Of a DNA stretch of 64,000 bases, positions 45,401-60,400 are shown piece after piece. Positions within the stretch are counted from its first letter, which is position 1. Every line of letters begins with the position of its first letter. Where the stretch lies: contig OZ336885.1 in NCBI GenBank assembly GCA_965287045.1, positions 61,256,001 to 61,320,000 of the forward strand, read 5' to 3'. The notes below the pieces were generated by a model. That model saw only the letters and a list, made by a program, of their open reading frames with translations. It had not been told where the DNA came from and made no database searches. The DNA is from Carcharhinus amblyrhynchos (Eukaryota). The position numbers and the translations under genes were made by a program.

Positions 45401-48400
45401 GTATAGTCTCCCCGAGGTGCTCCGGTTTCCTGCCATTGTGCAAAGAAGAGCGGATTGTGTTGACTTTTAACGTTGAATTAACCGTAGTTTCAGAAAGATT
45501 AGCAGTGTCAATATGGCGGGTTGCGGGAAAAGGGCCTGGGTGGGATTATGGTCTGTACCGATTCGATAGGTTGAGTGGCCTCCTTCTGCACTGTAAGAAC
45601 TATGTAATTGCATGATTCTGTGAGGTGTGAAGAAGGCCATGCATTCTTTGATTGAAACCTATAATAGCTGCATCAATGGGACTGTTCAAAATATTTTGAA
45701 CACAGTTCCTATCAAGTTAGTGGGTTTGCAAACAAGAATCTGTCTCACCACAACAGTGTGAAGGGCATGTGTAACGATTGCAAATTCTTGTCTGAACTTG
45801 TCTGAAATGTTTCAAGTGAACACATGGGCTGGGAAAAAACAAAGAGATAACCGAACTGAAAATGCCACTTGTGGGCAGAACGATAGCATAGTGGTTAGCA
45901 CTGCTGCTTCACAGCTTCAGGGACGAAGGTTCGATTCCCAGCTTGGGTCTCTGCCTGTGTGGAGTTTGCACATTCTCCTCGTGTCTGCGTGGGTTTTCTC
46001 CGGGTGTTCCGGTTTCCTCCCACAGTCCAAAGATGTTTGGGTTAGGTTGATTGGCAATGCCACAAATTGCCTTTGTGTCCTGAGGTGCATAGTTTAGGGG
46101 GATTAGTAGGCACATGGGGTAGGGCCTGAGTGGAATTGTGGTCAATGCAGACTCGATGTACCAAATGGCCTCTTTCTGCACTGTAGGGTTTCTATGTTTC
46201 AATGTGATGCAGAATTTAGAAATAATGTTTCAATGCAGTGAAACAGTTACCACATTTCTCAGATACTAAATGAACTGCATAACATGGGGCACAATCATGA
46301 TCCAAAACGAAATGATCAGTTGGAAGGGCAGAAGAGGCACACACAGCTTCAAAATGTATTTGCTCATAAACAACTGAAAGTTACATTTGTGCAAAAAATG
46401 TTTACATATTTTGCAGTGATGCAAAATGCTGGTGCTGCTATGTTATGAATGGCATTATGTTAACGCACGTCTCGATGCACAGTTTACATTAAAAAAATGC
46501 AATGTGCTCTAACAAATTCCAAATACCCAATTCATGCACACTTTGCTCAGTGTGTTACTTTTTTAAGGCATAACCCGATTCAGTGGCTACATGTAGGTGG
46601 AATGGTGACACAGTAGTTAGCACTGCTGCCTCACAACACCGGGTTCAATTCCCGGCTTGGATCGCTGTCTTGCTGAATTTGTACGCTCTCCCTATGTCTG
46701 TCTCTGGTCTCTTCCGGGTGTTCCGTTTCCTCCCACAGTCAGAAAGACGTGTTGGTTAGGTGTATTGGCCTGTACAGGAAATTCCTCATTAACTTCATTG
46801 CAGTATTAATGTAAGCCTTACTTGTGACTAATACATAAATGTTAACTTCATCTTAATTGGACGTAATGCATTCGCAAAGAGTTTCGAGAACGATACTTGC
46901 ACTACAGGTATCCAAAATGAGGCCTGCTTTGAAATACTTGACCGGTACAGTTGGTTGGCCAAGAGGTCATGCAAATTGAGGACTGGTTTAACGTTATTAT
47001 TTTTGAAATGTCAAGATGATACTAAATACAGTTACCGCATAAAGAGTTCTGCCCTTTATTGGTTGGAGTTATGATATAGTTTACAATTGCATTCATACTT
47101 TGCAAAGCGTGTAGTCAGGAAAAAAATGACTTCATTTAGATTTTAGGATTTTTTTTCTCATTTCTATGTTCGTTGAAGCTGATTTGAATTTTTGCAAGGA
47201 AAACAATCTATTAATTTTTAATTAAAGCATTGTGACCAGAGCATACATTATAGAAAACTCGTACTTTATACGTCACTAGTGAAAATACTGAATGTCAGAC
47301 AAGCGATCGATGTTGGAAGCTAAACAACAACTTGTCTTTGCGCTCCAGTTTCAGTTGTGTACATATCTGTATCTTTTATATTTTTCTGTAAACCCGTTAT
47401 TTCTGTACCGAACAGAACAACAACTACAATAACAAAACAATTGTTTACATTTCAGCAGGGTACCTTCCTCTCAATGTAATACACCGCGTTTACAAACACA
47501 AGTTGATAATTGAGACTAGAGTTGAAAGCGGGCGATAGAATATTTTGGAGATGGAGTTTAGCAAAATGATTCCTGAATATTTGCCGTGCCCTATGATTGT
47601 TTTCTCAAATCAAATTTATTATATGTGATCTGAAAATAAAGGATTGCAACTTTAAGCAGTTAAAGATGCGCTGAAACACACGTGCTACTTGTCTAACAGG
47701 TCATTAATACGAAAACCTACCTGTCATTCTATGTGGATGTTTTAAATGCCAGAGAGAACGCTTATTCATCAGACACCAGAGATGTATTGCACCATTGTGT
47801 TTTTTTTTCTGATGTTGTCGTGCCGCCTCTGTTTCCTACATTGCAAACTGGAACAAAATTGCAATCTTTAAATAGTATTAATAGTTTCAGCTATTTCTGC
47901 TCCCTAATCTCATATGAGCCCTTTGACAACATATTCGCTACCCATTCAAACAAAATGACGCAACTCTATGCGCCCCCTTTACTCTGCTAGCTATGTGGCG
48001 ACCATATAATGATTAACATTTGGATAAATAGCCCTTGTGTTACATGACTCCTCCTCCAAAACAGGGGCAAAATTCACATTTGCAGCATAAGACGCATTTA
48101 TCACAGAATGATACCTGATCTTTTCTCTCGTGCCTCCTCATCTACACGTTAAAGCAGAAGAACAATGAATAATGAACTCATTCAAGGTGGAAATGATTAT
48201 GTGAATAGGGCGGAAACCTTCCTTCGGGTGCATTCATATTTATGAAAACAGGGATCCACAATTTTGATCTGTGATTTAGATCTTCGGTATAGCTTAACGT
48301 TTTTTTTCACAAGTACAAAAACAGAGGAAATAATTTGACAGTCAAAAGAGAAGGCTATTGAGGACATGAGGAACTTCGATTGAACTCGGTGCATCCTGGA

Positions 48401-51400
48401 CAGACAGTATGTCAGATTTGGAGTATTGCATCGTTCCCGGATGGTGGAGCTACAAATTTTATTAAAGGAAAGAAAGGTTAGGCAGGAAATTGAAGTAATG
48501 CTTGTAATTCTGAAGTCGAGGCGTCACTATAGAAGGACTCATTACGGTTGTCTAAATCTGAAGAGGGATGAATGAACTTTAGTCGTCATTTGTACAAAAT
48601 AATTCGGCTGCTATCGGATATTCGTTATTCAGATGCACTTGAAGTCACGTCTTAGCTAAGAATCATTGAACTCGCGAGCGACTGTAATGATAAACAGGTA
48701 CACTGCTATTTGCCAACAACTAAAAAGTTGTTGCTAATTTGATGTGTACAAACTCAATCAGGAGCAATTTACTTGAATGATGGTGTTGTTAGCTAATCTG
48801 TTATTTACAGTATTTGACTTCAGCCATCCTGTTTCGATGTTTTCGAGTGTTGGAGCAATTGTTTTAAGTGTGTGTGAATCGTTTCTGTCTGGTTGGTTAT
48901 CAATGGTCTAGAATCTCTGGAGTTTGAACCATATGTGTGTTATTGATCTCAAGAGTTTTGAGGAGCCAGGGACGCTTCCTTAACTGTGTTAATTTTAGGT
49001 GTCTCCATGGGTTGTATGACTGGTTCAGAAGTGCTGATTTTGATGGTGTGGCGATGTGTTCTTTAATTTTGTTCCTGTAGGTGCCATCCTGTCCAATTTC
49101 CCTAAGGTGCTAGTCCTTATTTGCATTCTAAGAACATGCTCTTGCCTACTGATCAGTGCCTGTTACTGTGTGATTTTAGTGGAGGGCTCTCAGGATAGCT
49201 TTAGTTTGCTTCCATTTTGTGTGCCCAATTTCATAAAATTTGTGGTCCGATAACAGTGTGAAGTTCTTCAGGTTTGCCATAAACACAAGGAGATATCATT
49301 TAGGATTTTAGACCCGTATGTTTCTCTTCAGCAATGGTAATCTCTTTGCTCACCATCAAGATTTTCCTTTACTTCAAGTTCTGGAAGAATACCGGATTGA
49401 CACTCAATGCAAAGTTCACTATATTTTTTGCGATTTTCGTTGAAAACGGAAAGTTAATCTCCTTAAAGGAATAAAATTCCCTCGAATTCGCACGCTGGTT
49501 AGTACTGCTGCCTTACAGCTCCCGGGATCCGCGTTCGATTTCGGGCTTGAGTCTCTGTGTGTTCGGACTCATCACGTTTCTCTTCCTATCTGCGGGGGTT
49601 TCTTGCGATATTCCAGATTGCTCCCCAGGCCGAAGAACGTGCTGGTTAAGTGCATTGGCCATGCTGAATTCTCTCACAGTGTAACCGACCAGATATCGTC
49701 GTGTGAGAGTTAAGGGATATTCAGAGTAACTTCATCGCAGTGTTAACGTAAGGCTACTTCTAACACTGATGAATAAGCTTAAACTTAACGAGTTGAACAG
49801 ATGATAGTCACGCAGCCATTGCCGATATTATCAAAATGGTCTGGTGATCAGTTATTTCCTTAAGAATGTAGACCCAAAACAAAGACTCAACTTTTGCATT
49901 CAAGGCCGACAAGCATTTTTTTTGGACACTGCCAGCTAGGACTCCTGCAAGCCATCTACCATCCGGAGATGGAAATACATCACTGTTGTTTAACTGTCAG
50001 TGGGGCAAATTTCTTGATATCCCGTCCACCCCCAACAATCCTGTGGGACACCCGACACCATATGAATTGTAGCAGATAAAATGTTCAGCTCTACACCTTT
50101 TAAATCAAAATTAGCGATGGCTATTGAAGGCTTTCCCGGGCAACATCAGGTTATATTTTAGAATGAATTATAAAGAATTGTCTCTAACGAAGTTTATAGT
50201 GCGAGGAAAACTTATGTATCAGAATGCGTTTTATCAAAGCAATGATAACACGTAATATCAGGTCACAAAGGAGAACGTAATTGCTGTAGGGTTACAGTCC
50301 TGAACAGACATAATGGCTCAAATTGATGGTCGGTTAGGAACAGCAAAAGCACATTCAACGTTTTTTTCATGTTGTGCGGTAAAGCAAGATTATTGACGAA
50401 TTAATTTCACATTCTGCTGTATTTCTTCTTTCAACAAGCCACAGTATTGAAGTGCAAATTTTATGTTAATTTTATATCGCAAATGCATTTAAAACACAGG
50501 CACATTTTTTTTTCTTTCTGCGGCTTTCTGATTTCCAGAGATTCATCTGGCATCCGTGCATTGATCGCATTTCGTATGAACTCCCGAGCTCTGAGTTGAA
50601 GGCTGTACTTCTTTACTTCACTATAATTGAGCAAGTCAAAAGAATTTCACCACCAAGAAATACATTATTTCCGACTACTGAAAAATAACGGACACATATT
50701 TGAGGGAATGAACTTGAAAACTGCAGGCTACATTGACAAAAGGTTGTATTGACATTTCGATTATTGGCAGGAATGAAGGGAATAATCAATGGAAATCGAT
50801 CGTGTTATAGATATAAATGCCAATGCAGCTTATCATTATTTAGAGTTGACGTGTCAATTTTTCATTATTCCCTTCTGAAAAGAACTGCTGGGAAGAAAAA
50901 GGAGATAGATCGCTGGGACAATAACTTGTTGTTATAAACGTATTTGGGACGGGAAGTCAGCTAGAATCATGGCGTAGGAAGGAACAATAGTTCAGAATAA
51001 TTTGTCTTAGCCGCTAGGATAACAGGATCATCGTTCTGTGCAGGTCGGTCATGTTACACAACTCATGTTCAATATTGGTTACTTTATATCCAACAGTTCA
51101 CATATAGCCAATGTGATAACCTTTTTTGCACTATGAATATTTCTACATCAGCATCGTATTACTGCAACAAGAATGCATGTCTATCATGTTCAAATCTTTA
51201 CCTTTCTTGATTTTGTCTGGAAACCAAGTTACAAAGAGGGAAGAAATGCTAAGTTTTCCAGTTGCACAACATAATATTTATTGTTGAGCACAAGTACAAA
51301 GAACGGATATAAACAATGGGCAAATTGTGATTATTCTATACTTTGAGACACATGGAGCACTTTGAGCCAAATCTTCTAAAAAATCATCACTGATCCTGGA

Positions 51401-54400
51401 GAATGCATCCAATGCACTACGTTTTTATTGCAATTATCTTTGTTGAATTTATTAGAAATGAGGGCAGACATCAAATATTTCAGCAAGATCATGACATATT
51501 TGTTAGTCCTCTATTAATGGACGGTTGGACATTCTTCGCAACAGCACCTATTCCGCGAACGTCCTCAACACCGGTGACCCACAAAGCTGTTTTTTCAGCC
51601 CGCTACTATGCTCCTTATACACCTGTGACTGTGTGGTCAAATTCTCCTCCAATTCGATTTTCCAGTTTGCTGGCGATACCTACCATACTGGTTCGGATCT
51701 CAGACAATGCGGAGGCAGAGTACAGGAATGAGATAAACTGGTGAACTGATGCGGCAAAAATAATTTCTCACTCAATGTTAACAAAACGAAGGAAATTGTT
51801 ATCGACTACAAGAAGCGTGAAGGAGAACATGCTCCTATCTACATTAACGAGGACGAAGCAGAACGTGTCGAGACTTTCAAGTTTTTATGTATGCGGAACA
51901 CCAACAACCTGTGCTGGTGTCGCCATGCCGGTGCTATATTTAAGGAAGCCCATCAACGCCTCTACTTTTTCAGGAGACTTAGGAAATTTGGCATGCCAGC
52001 TACGAATCTCACCATTCTTTAGAGATACACCATAGAAAACACTCTTTCTGGTTTTATCACAGCTCGGTGTGTTTGCTGCTCTGCCCAAGACAGCAGGAAA
52101 CTAGAAAAGGTTGTAAATGTAGCCCAATCCATCATGCAAAGCATCCTCCCATCCATTGACTCTGTCTGCACTTCTTGCTGCCTCGACAGAACAGCCAGCA
52201 TGTTTAAGGACCCCTCGTACCCAGGACATTTTCTCTTCCACCTTCTTCCTTCGGGACAAGGATACACAATTCTGACTGCATGTAGCAACCGACTCAAGAA
52301 CATATTCTTCCCTGCTGCTGTCCTGCTGTTGAATGGACTTATCTTGCATTGCTCATTCTCTACACCCTAGCTATGAGTGCAACACTCCATTCTGAATTCT
52401 CTACTTTCCTTTTGTATGAATGACAAGTTTTGACTGTGTAGCGGGCAAGAAACAATATTTTTCACTGTATGTTAATATATGTGTCAATAATATTTTAAAT
52501 CAAATCACAACTTTTTTTTACATTTTGCTGATGCATCTTCACCAAATCTCAACAAAAAGAACCCCACATGATATGCCCACTATTTTGTCATCCAGTCCAT
52601 AATCATATACCAGAACAACATAGATAAGGAGGAATTTTGGACATATACAAATGTTTATGAATGAATCGAATTTATTGCATTTTCTTCTTGCCAATTTAAT
52701 ATTTTCCTCACCTAATAATTTGGCTTTTTCCTTGAGCACTTTTATCTCTGAAAAATAAGAAAAAATGTTGATTTTTCAAACTCATTCTTTTCTTTTTCCC
52801 AAGGCAACGCTTTATCAGTTGAAGAATCCTCCCGTTACGGCACAACATTATCAGTTATGAAGTCGTTTCACTGCTGTCTTTCTGGTCATGAATATTTTCG
52901 TTTGATTGCACAAATCACAACCTCACGAGGGTTTCTCCATGTTCATTATCATCCGCCGGATGATTACGCAGGTTTCTGCGTGTTCTTTCTAAGATGAAGA
53001 CCGCTTTATATTGCAATGAAGATATCAACTTGGGGAATGGTACAGTCAATTTTCTCTTCTGTATCGAGGACAAATGTGTTTTTTATTTAACTGTGTCCGA
53101 GTTTTTAAACTTCCTGACCACCAGACAACATAATATAAACACGGAGCCAACCCAGAACACCCAGCCACATCACTTAAAGAAATATACATGTTTGTAGCAA
53201 CGCATTGTTATGAATCTGCAGTACTCAGAAGTGGTTAATTTCTTTAAAAGTTAATTTTGTGTTCAAATTAATGTTATTGTTGTGCCAAACATTATTATGC
53301 AGAAATTTACGCACCCGGCCTTGGATTGAGGGAATGCGCGCGTGTTTTAGCTGAGAAATAAGGAACGACAATTCTTTATTTATGAAAAAGTAATTATCTC
53401 CAATAGTGCAACACTTCTCCGGCGCTAGAGACTAGGGAATGGTGGTAAGTATTTGTGTTCAGGTTTCTATATTTGCGATGGTGCATCATGATTAACCCGA
53501 TGTTTGTTGCCGACTGTTAGCCATTAAAATATTACTGGCACAGGACAGATGATCATTTTAAGTTTCAACAGGCTGAAATCCACCAGTTTGTTCGCTATTA
53601 ATAAATCCAAATGAGCAGATTGAATAGTATCTTTTACCTGACTCATTTGTTTCTTGGTCCTCCTCTGCAAGATAACGGAGCATAGTATTAGATATGTGCC
53701 AAAAAAAGTAACATATCACATACCATAGGAAAGATCCCGGCCCATTATAAGTTAATTCGTTTCAATCTGGCCTGTGCTATTTAGTGCGAACTTGCTTTAA
53801 ACTGCAATCGGCAGCAAACAACGACGCCAACTGCTCTCTAATGTTGTGTTCTGCAATTCGGTCATGTCCTATGCCGTTGTCTGAATTACGACATAATTCG
53901 AAGATAAGACTTTTTTTTCACGGCTACAAATGAATGTACAAAATAAATTATCACTTTGAAGCGGAGATAATCTGTTCAACCCAAAAGCTCTTTCGATGTA
54001 TAAATGCCGCACCTTGACCTTCCCCCGTTCGTCATCTACCAGCACCGTCCGCAAAACGCATCTATCACTGTCCCCTTAACAGCGCGATTTTGGAAACCTT
54101 CTATTTCAGCGTGCCATTGTCCATTAGAGAACAGAATTTCTGATTTAATTGCCAGTTGATGTAAATTTTACACGAAAAGTCGCACTTATTCAGAAATGGA
54201 AAATTGTTCACTCCATATTTCCAAGTGAAAGAATCGGTCCTTTCATTAAGAGTAGTATCTGCACCCTTAATATTCATGACCCACAGTGCTTCACTTAAGT
54301 TCTCTCTCGTTTTTTTTTAGTTCCATTAGAATTACGAAAGTAATATGCATAATTTACATCTGTTCACCCACTGCGTGAAACAGATTTGCTCACTAAATGG

Positions 54401-57400
54401 TTCCTATTCGAGGCAAAATAGCTTTACCCAATGTACTGTACGACATTTTAGAATGGCATGGGAGACGGCAAAGTGGAGTTATCCAAATTCGAATAGTCAA
54501 GAGGCATGAAAACTTAAGTGAGTAGTCAAAATCTGCAGCCGTAGAAAACCGTGAAAACGAACACAATACGATTCAAATGCGAAATATAAGGGACATTAGG
54601 TACTGATGCGTAAGGGGAATTCGCCGTTCAGGGCAAACTTAATCATGACCCTGACACGATACATTTCTGTTAAATTTCAGCGATGCTCCACACCTGCATT
54701 TCCAGCATTGTTATTTTATAGCATTCTAGAGTTATAAAATATCTACCGTGCACTGGAAGCTTATTTGGCCCTTTGGGACTGCCGCACTAACAATCCCATC
54801 CACACTTTATCCTCGTCATTTCACACTGCTCGGCTACCTGACAAATTGAACAGTCTCACATTGCGAACTATGTAATTCGCAAATCAGTGGAGTTTAGGAG
54901 GAAACCGGAACAGCCAGAGGAAACCCACAGAGAAACGGGGAGAAAGTGTGAATTCCAAACGGACAAACACCCGGGGCCTGAATCGAACCCGTGCCACTGT
55001 CTCTGTCAGGTGCCAATGCTAACTAAGAAATCAGCCATTTTAGTTCGGCATTATAATTATTTAAGTTGACAGAATTGAAGTCATCCTGAATCGAGAGACT
55101 TGTGGATCCGAACTATGGGCATTACTAAACCTACTGCCAAACAAATAATCCCACATAACCCCTTTCGGAGCATGTTGCAACAAATGCCAAAATAAATCAT
55201 AAGAACAGAAATGGAAATACATTGCTTTTAAAATAGGGCATTCAGCTGGAGTTAACTTGCCAATATTTAAAACAAGGATATATTTACGACTGCATTTTTT
55301 TTTCGGAACGAAAACACATAGTAGAATCCATGGACAACACTTTCGCGGGTGTGGCGTTACAAACGTTGATCAGGGACACGGTCATATTTAATGATACTTA
55401 CTGCACTTCTTCTTAAGCTCCTCGTAGTCTAAACATTAAGAAGCGTTTTAGCAATCTATGATGTTCTGTGAAAAAAATGTGAAATATCTCGACAAATTGG
55501 ACAGAAGAAATGCATGCCACATGTGGATATCACTAGATAAATTATCATTGCCAGATATCTATTGGTATGTTTTAAGGTGCGTAACCAAAATAAATAATTG
55601 CACGTTTTCATCAGCTTTGCAAAGCAGTTTTCTAAAGGAATAATTTCACATTTCTTGATATATTCCCTACTTTGAGTTTCCTGATTCTGTTGATGTCGTG
55701 CAGAGGTTCGTTAGTTGAGTGCTCCGAAAGCATTGCCCCAAAATTGCTTCTCTGCTGCCAATGTTGTGCGGGCCTTAGCGCTCCCTGCTCGCAAAGAATT
55801 GTCCTCCTCAGGACAATTTTCCTGAGGGTATCCATTGAAACTGAGTGGACATAGGAAAGGACAGGGCAGGCACTGTTTTTGACATGAGTTACATTCACCC
55901 ACCAGTAAAACAAATCTTCAAATGAGAATGAATAAAGACGTAAATGGGAAGAATAAATTGGCAGTTTTGCTGAGTTGATAAAGTCTGAATGCTTACGTGG
56001 GTAATTGCTTGAATGTTTCTGTGTGCGTGTGATGATATGGGAAGATTGTGACAGGTTAGTGAGGGCTAACTGAATAAATGGGTCTGTTGGCTCGAGTTGA
56101 TCGGTGTCTACGGTCTGTAAGTCCCTATAAAGTTAGGATTGGAGAGTCGTTGTGCGCTATTTAATAATCTGTTTGCTCATAGGAGTAATCAGATTTGATT
56201 GCTGGTAGGTGTTCCCGTCGCCTTTTTGTCATTTGCAATACTAATTTATGATTGGATTGTGGTGTGGTACTCCCCAGTATTTGCATTACTACTAATCTGT
56301 CTGGGCCACCTTTAACAACACTGCCATAGCTAGTGTCAAGGCATTTAGCATTGTAGACATCACAGTGCATTCAGTAAGCGAGATAAGAAGAACAAGAAGA
56401 AGAAGATGAGCAAAAGGAGGAAGAAGAAGAAAAAGTAAGAGGAGGAGACAGAGAAGGAGAATGAGGAGGAGGATGAGAAAAGGGGGAAGACAGAGATAGG
56501 GAGAGCATAAGATTACGATGAAATTTGAGGTCAAGACGAAGAGCAAGATGAAGAAGGCGTGGAAGGTCCGGAAGAAGAAGAAGAAGAAGAAGAAGAAGAA
56601 GAAGAAGAAGAAGAAGAAGAAGAAGAAGAAGAAGAAGAAGAAGAAGATAATATAGTGTGGATATCAATATTTACCCAATGGCTGGAGTCAGTACTCTTCC
56701 GTTTGTATGCTGTGCCTATTATTGAGTTAATTTTTGAATTGCGGATCAATGCGTTTTCAATACGGCCAATTGCCTTTGGCAAAAGCTGTTCATTTGGACA
56801 AAACATTTGCCAAAATATGGAAAAAAAACATTTTTCTCCATACAAAAGTTTGTTTTATTTTCATGCTGAATGCAAAATGAAAATGTCAGCACATATTTTG
56901 TGTTCGGCTTTTAGTGTTTGTTCTGCGATACACACAGGCGTCTAGAACGCGAAAAATTGTGTGTTCCATTGACATGTATTGACCATGCGGGACGTCTGCG
57001 TAATTTAAGGTATCGCCAAAATCAAATGCATGCAGATTGCTCTTGCTCATGAAATAATGCAATGTAGACATACTGGTGCATAATACCTGCCACGATCTTC
57101 GCCTGGTTAACTTCTGTACGAGAAGGAAACATTTTTTTTATACACACGATGTCCAAGGAAATGTCTGCTGCGCACTTCCCACAGGACAGGATTGTTCTAT
57201 CAATGAGGAAGTTAGTTTATTCACGGATACTTATGACATATACCGTCATTAGTATTTTGAAACAAGATTGTCCTGAAACAATCATAGAAACAAGTACCTG
57301 TGACTTGTCATAACACTGTGATGTGCAATTGCTTCAATTCCTTTTTGAGTATCATTGTCAATACAATATAGAAGTGTTGCAACGTAATATTATCGAAAAA

Positions 57401-60400
57401 AGTACCGCGTATTGAAGCAACAAATACACGTTCTGCCCAAATGCTCTGTGGAGGGCATGACCTCCAATTTAACTTTCAGTTGCACTTCTAGCAAATCATT
57501 TCTGCCAGTGTTTCTGTTAACGTACTTATCTTCCACATGAACACAACATCGTTTTCGAAGACACCTGCTCCAATTGCTAGTTCCCCATTCTAATTACCAT
57601 GAGAGAAAATACGTTTTCGTTTTAATTCCTAAATGTGGAAAAGTGACGCATAAGTTTGTACTTGTTGAGAAATTGAAGGTCGTGGGCTTTATCGTTCCTT
57701 CACAACCAGCAAAATGACTATGTTACTCGAGGAATTCGATCACACCACTCATATTAGCCACTAACCACAATTCAATTAGGTTTTCACTATTTCATTCAAA
57801 GGTACCTCGGCATGTTGAAATACAATCCCTTACCCCACCCGACGGACTAACGCACCTCCACCCCGTTCACAGTAGGGAAAACATAGTTGTTCAGCAAGTG
57901 GTAGTTGTTAATGCACTTTGGGAGGAGAGATTTACCTAGTGCGCTGCATGAAGTTCAAGAAAGGTGCAGGCCACAGTAATGCCACTATCTATGAAAACTA
58001 GGAAAAAAAATCAGGCTACTGCAGAAATAAAAAACAAGAGTACAAACAGACTGTGCTAAACATGCTCAACAGACAATCCTCAGTGAACCGAAATACAATC
58101 AGTAATTCAGGTCTGTGGTCTTTAGAAAATCTGATCAATTGTGATTCATTTAAAATGAAGAGATCAGTTCAATAATTACCAATGCTAGGACACCGATGGA
58201 ACATTTCCAGCATTGATCTTTGATTACAATTGGACATGCACATTAGGTATGTTCACAGAATGGAAGGATTGCTGATTCACTTCACTTGCAGAAAAGTTGT
58301 GTGAACTTTATTCTATGGCTATCACGGAAATTAAACAAAATCGCCGTTGTTTTTGATCACATGATGTTAAATGTTCATGGCAATCAGCAAAAATTAGCCA
58401 ATTATCCCGTGTTTTTTCAAAAGATTTTCCACTCCAGTCTGAGGAAACATTATTGAAGGTATTTATTTAAAACTATCATTTAACAGAGGTAAATGGATTA
58501 AATTAGCAATATGGAGGGCCAAGTCTCCCACGATTGAGACAATCACGAATTATAACTTGTAGAGGACATACAAGGAACTCACCACATTTTCTCCGATGTT
58601 CGTCGTTCTCTAAACATCAAAAAAAAAGTTTTAGAAATCCAAGCGGTTCCAGCAACATGTGTTTGGTTTTTCGCCGTATTTGCACAAAAAAAAAATTGTT
58701 ACATCTCATTAGGACAATTACGTTTCGGCAAATAACTGGATGTGTACTTTTGGAACACGCTTATGAAATAAATTGGCGCAAATTAACATCAGCGTAGCAG
58801 TGTGCTTATCGTAATTATGTTTTCGAGTACCTCTGAGTAGAACTACTAAGCTTACATGGTCGTTTATGCTACTTCCATGCAGAGAACCATTTTCAGTGTA
58901 ATGCAACGGAATTGCCGCTCCGCTCTTCAGTACGCTGTTGCGCATTTCTTATGGAACCGCACAATGCCCACTTTCAAATACGTGTTGAGGTCAGCATTCC
59001 TTCGGGGCGATCTCCACAACTGAAGAAAGTTAGCATAGGGTAGGTTCAGCCATTGTTCATGGCACTAGCTAGAATCGGCCACAGTGGCTGGCACGATGGC
59101 ACATTGGATAGCAAAGCTCCGTTACGGCACTGGGGTCCGGCGTTCAATTTTGGCCTTGGCTGACAGTCTGTATAGAGTTTGTGCATTCTTGTCGTGCCAG
59201 TTTGAGTTTCCTGCACGTGTTCCAGTTTCTGTGGCGCAATACCCTGGATCAGGACTTCCCGCCGCGCATCCTTATTAGTACTGTCATATACTGAAATCAA
59301 GCGATCAGAAGGCAAGACAAATTTCTAAAGTCTTCTCTAGCTCTGCGAATATCCAGCAGCCTGTCAGGATGCTGAAAAGTATGCTCGTTAGCTGAGTAGT
59401 CACGCTAAACTTTCCCGTAGAATCCATAAAGTAACGGAATATCTCATTCCCCTATTGATGGAAGGCGTGGGAATTACGGGGATGGGGGGGGGGGGGGGGG
59501 GGTGGGGGTGGGTGGAGGTGGGAAGTGGTGGGGAGAAGGGGTTGGGCCGTAGGGCGGTATTTGCGAATACATTAATTCATATGCACTTGAAATCATTGGC
59601 GTTAAATCAAGCCAGCCGCACTTTATCTTAAAGAATATTAAATTCGTAAAATTAAAATCTGGTGTCAAATGAAACATCCTGAGCTTTTGGATGGACCTTC
59701 AGTACATTGTACATCGTGCTGTACAGAACCATATGAAGGAATAACACGACGGGATGTGTTTTCTTTTTGCGAATCGAATATCGTTGTCCTGACCTTCAGC
59801 ATGTTTTTGAACACTGTGAGACATTGAAGATGGAATGTTGTGAGTCACATTACTGATTTTTCCTTTTCCGAATAGTCCAGCATTGCAGTTTGTTGATGTA
59901 CTTATCTTGGCCAACATCACATTGGGTGAAGCCAATATAAAAGGGAATGAAAAAAATCAGATATTTATCCATCGCCTGTTGTTGGAGTCCTTCTATTTTT
60001 TTGTCCACATGTTATTGAGTTGTTTTAAATTGTGGCAGCTATGGTGGATGATCACGGGACATATCATTTCAAGAATTAGAGTGGTGCTTAGCTTAGTCAC
60101 TTTTATGCAAAATTGGCTGAGGGTGCATACCATGACAAAAGGCATTTTTTCGAAAAAAAAGTTAACTGCCCAAAATGATGTTTTTCTTTCTCGAATTAAT
60201 CTAATCTTGTCAGCATAACATGCGTGTCTTCATGTATACTAATCTCAGTGTAAAATCATCTCAATTAGGCTTGAATGATCCATTTTAATAATTTTCAGGA
60301 GTTCAACAGTAATTTTAACTGATCGGGTATCGGTATCCCAGGTGACACAATAACTATGCAGAAATATGGGTTGTCCATGTCATTTCGGCGGGTCTGGACT

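Noticed and set aside
44905-45615. 236-aa plus-strand ORF
   Set aside because: Runs through a CR1 tail and a decayed SINE; chance open frame with no domain-like content
50651-50677. 27-nt phase-1 candidate (VVGNNVFLG)
   Set aside because: Good acceptor but weak donor (gtgaaa) and a non-helical peptide unlike the other exons
56292-56945. Poly-E, poly-L and poly-S ORFs
   Set aside because: Translations of the GAA microsatellite and purine tract
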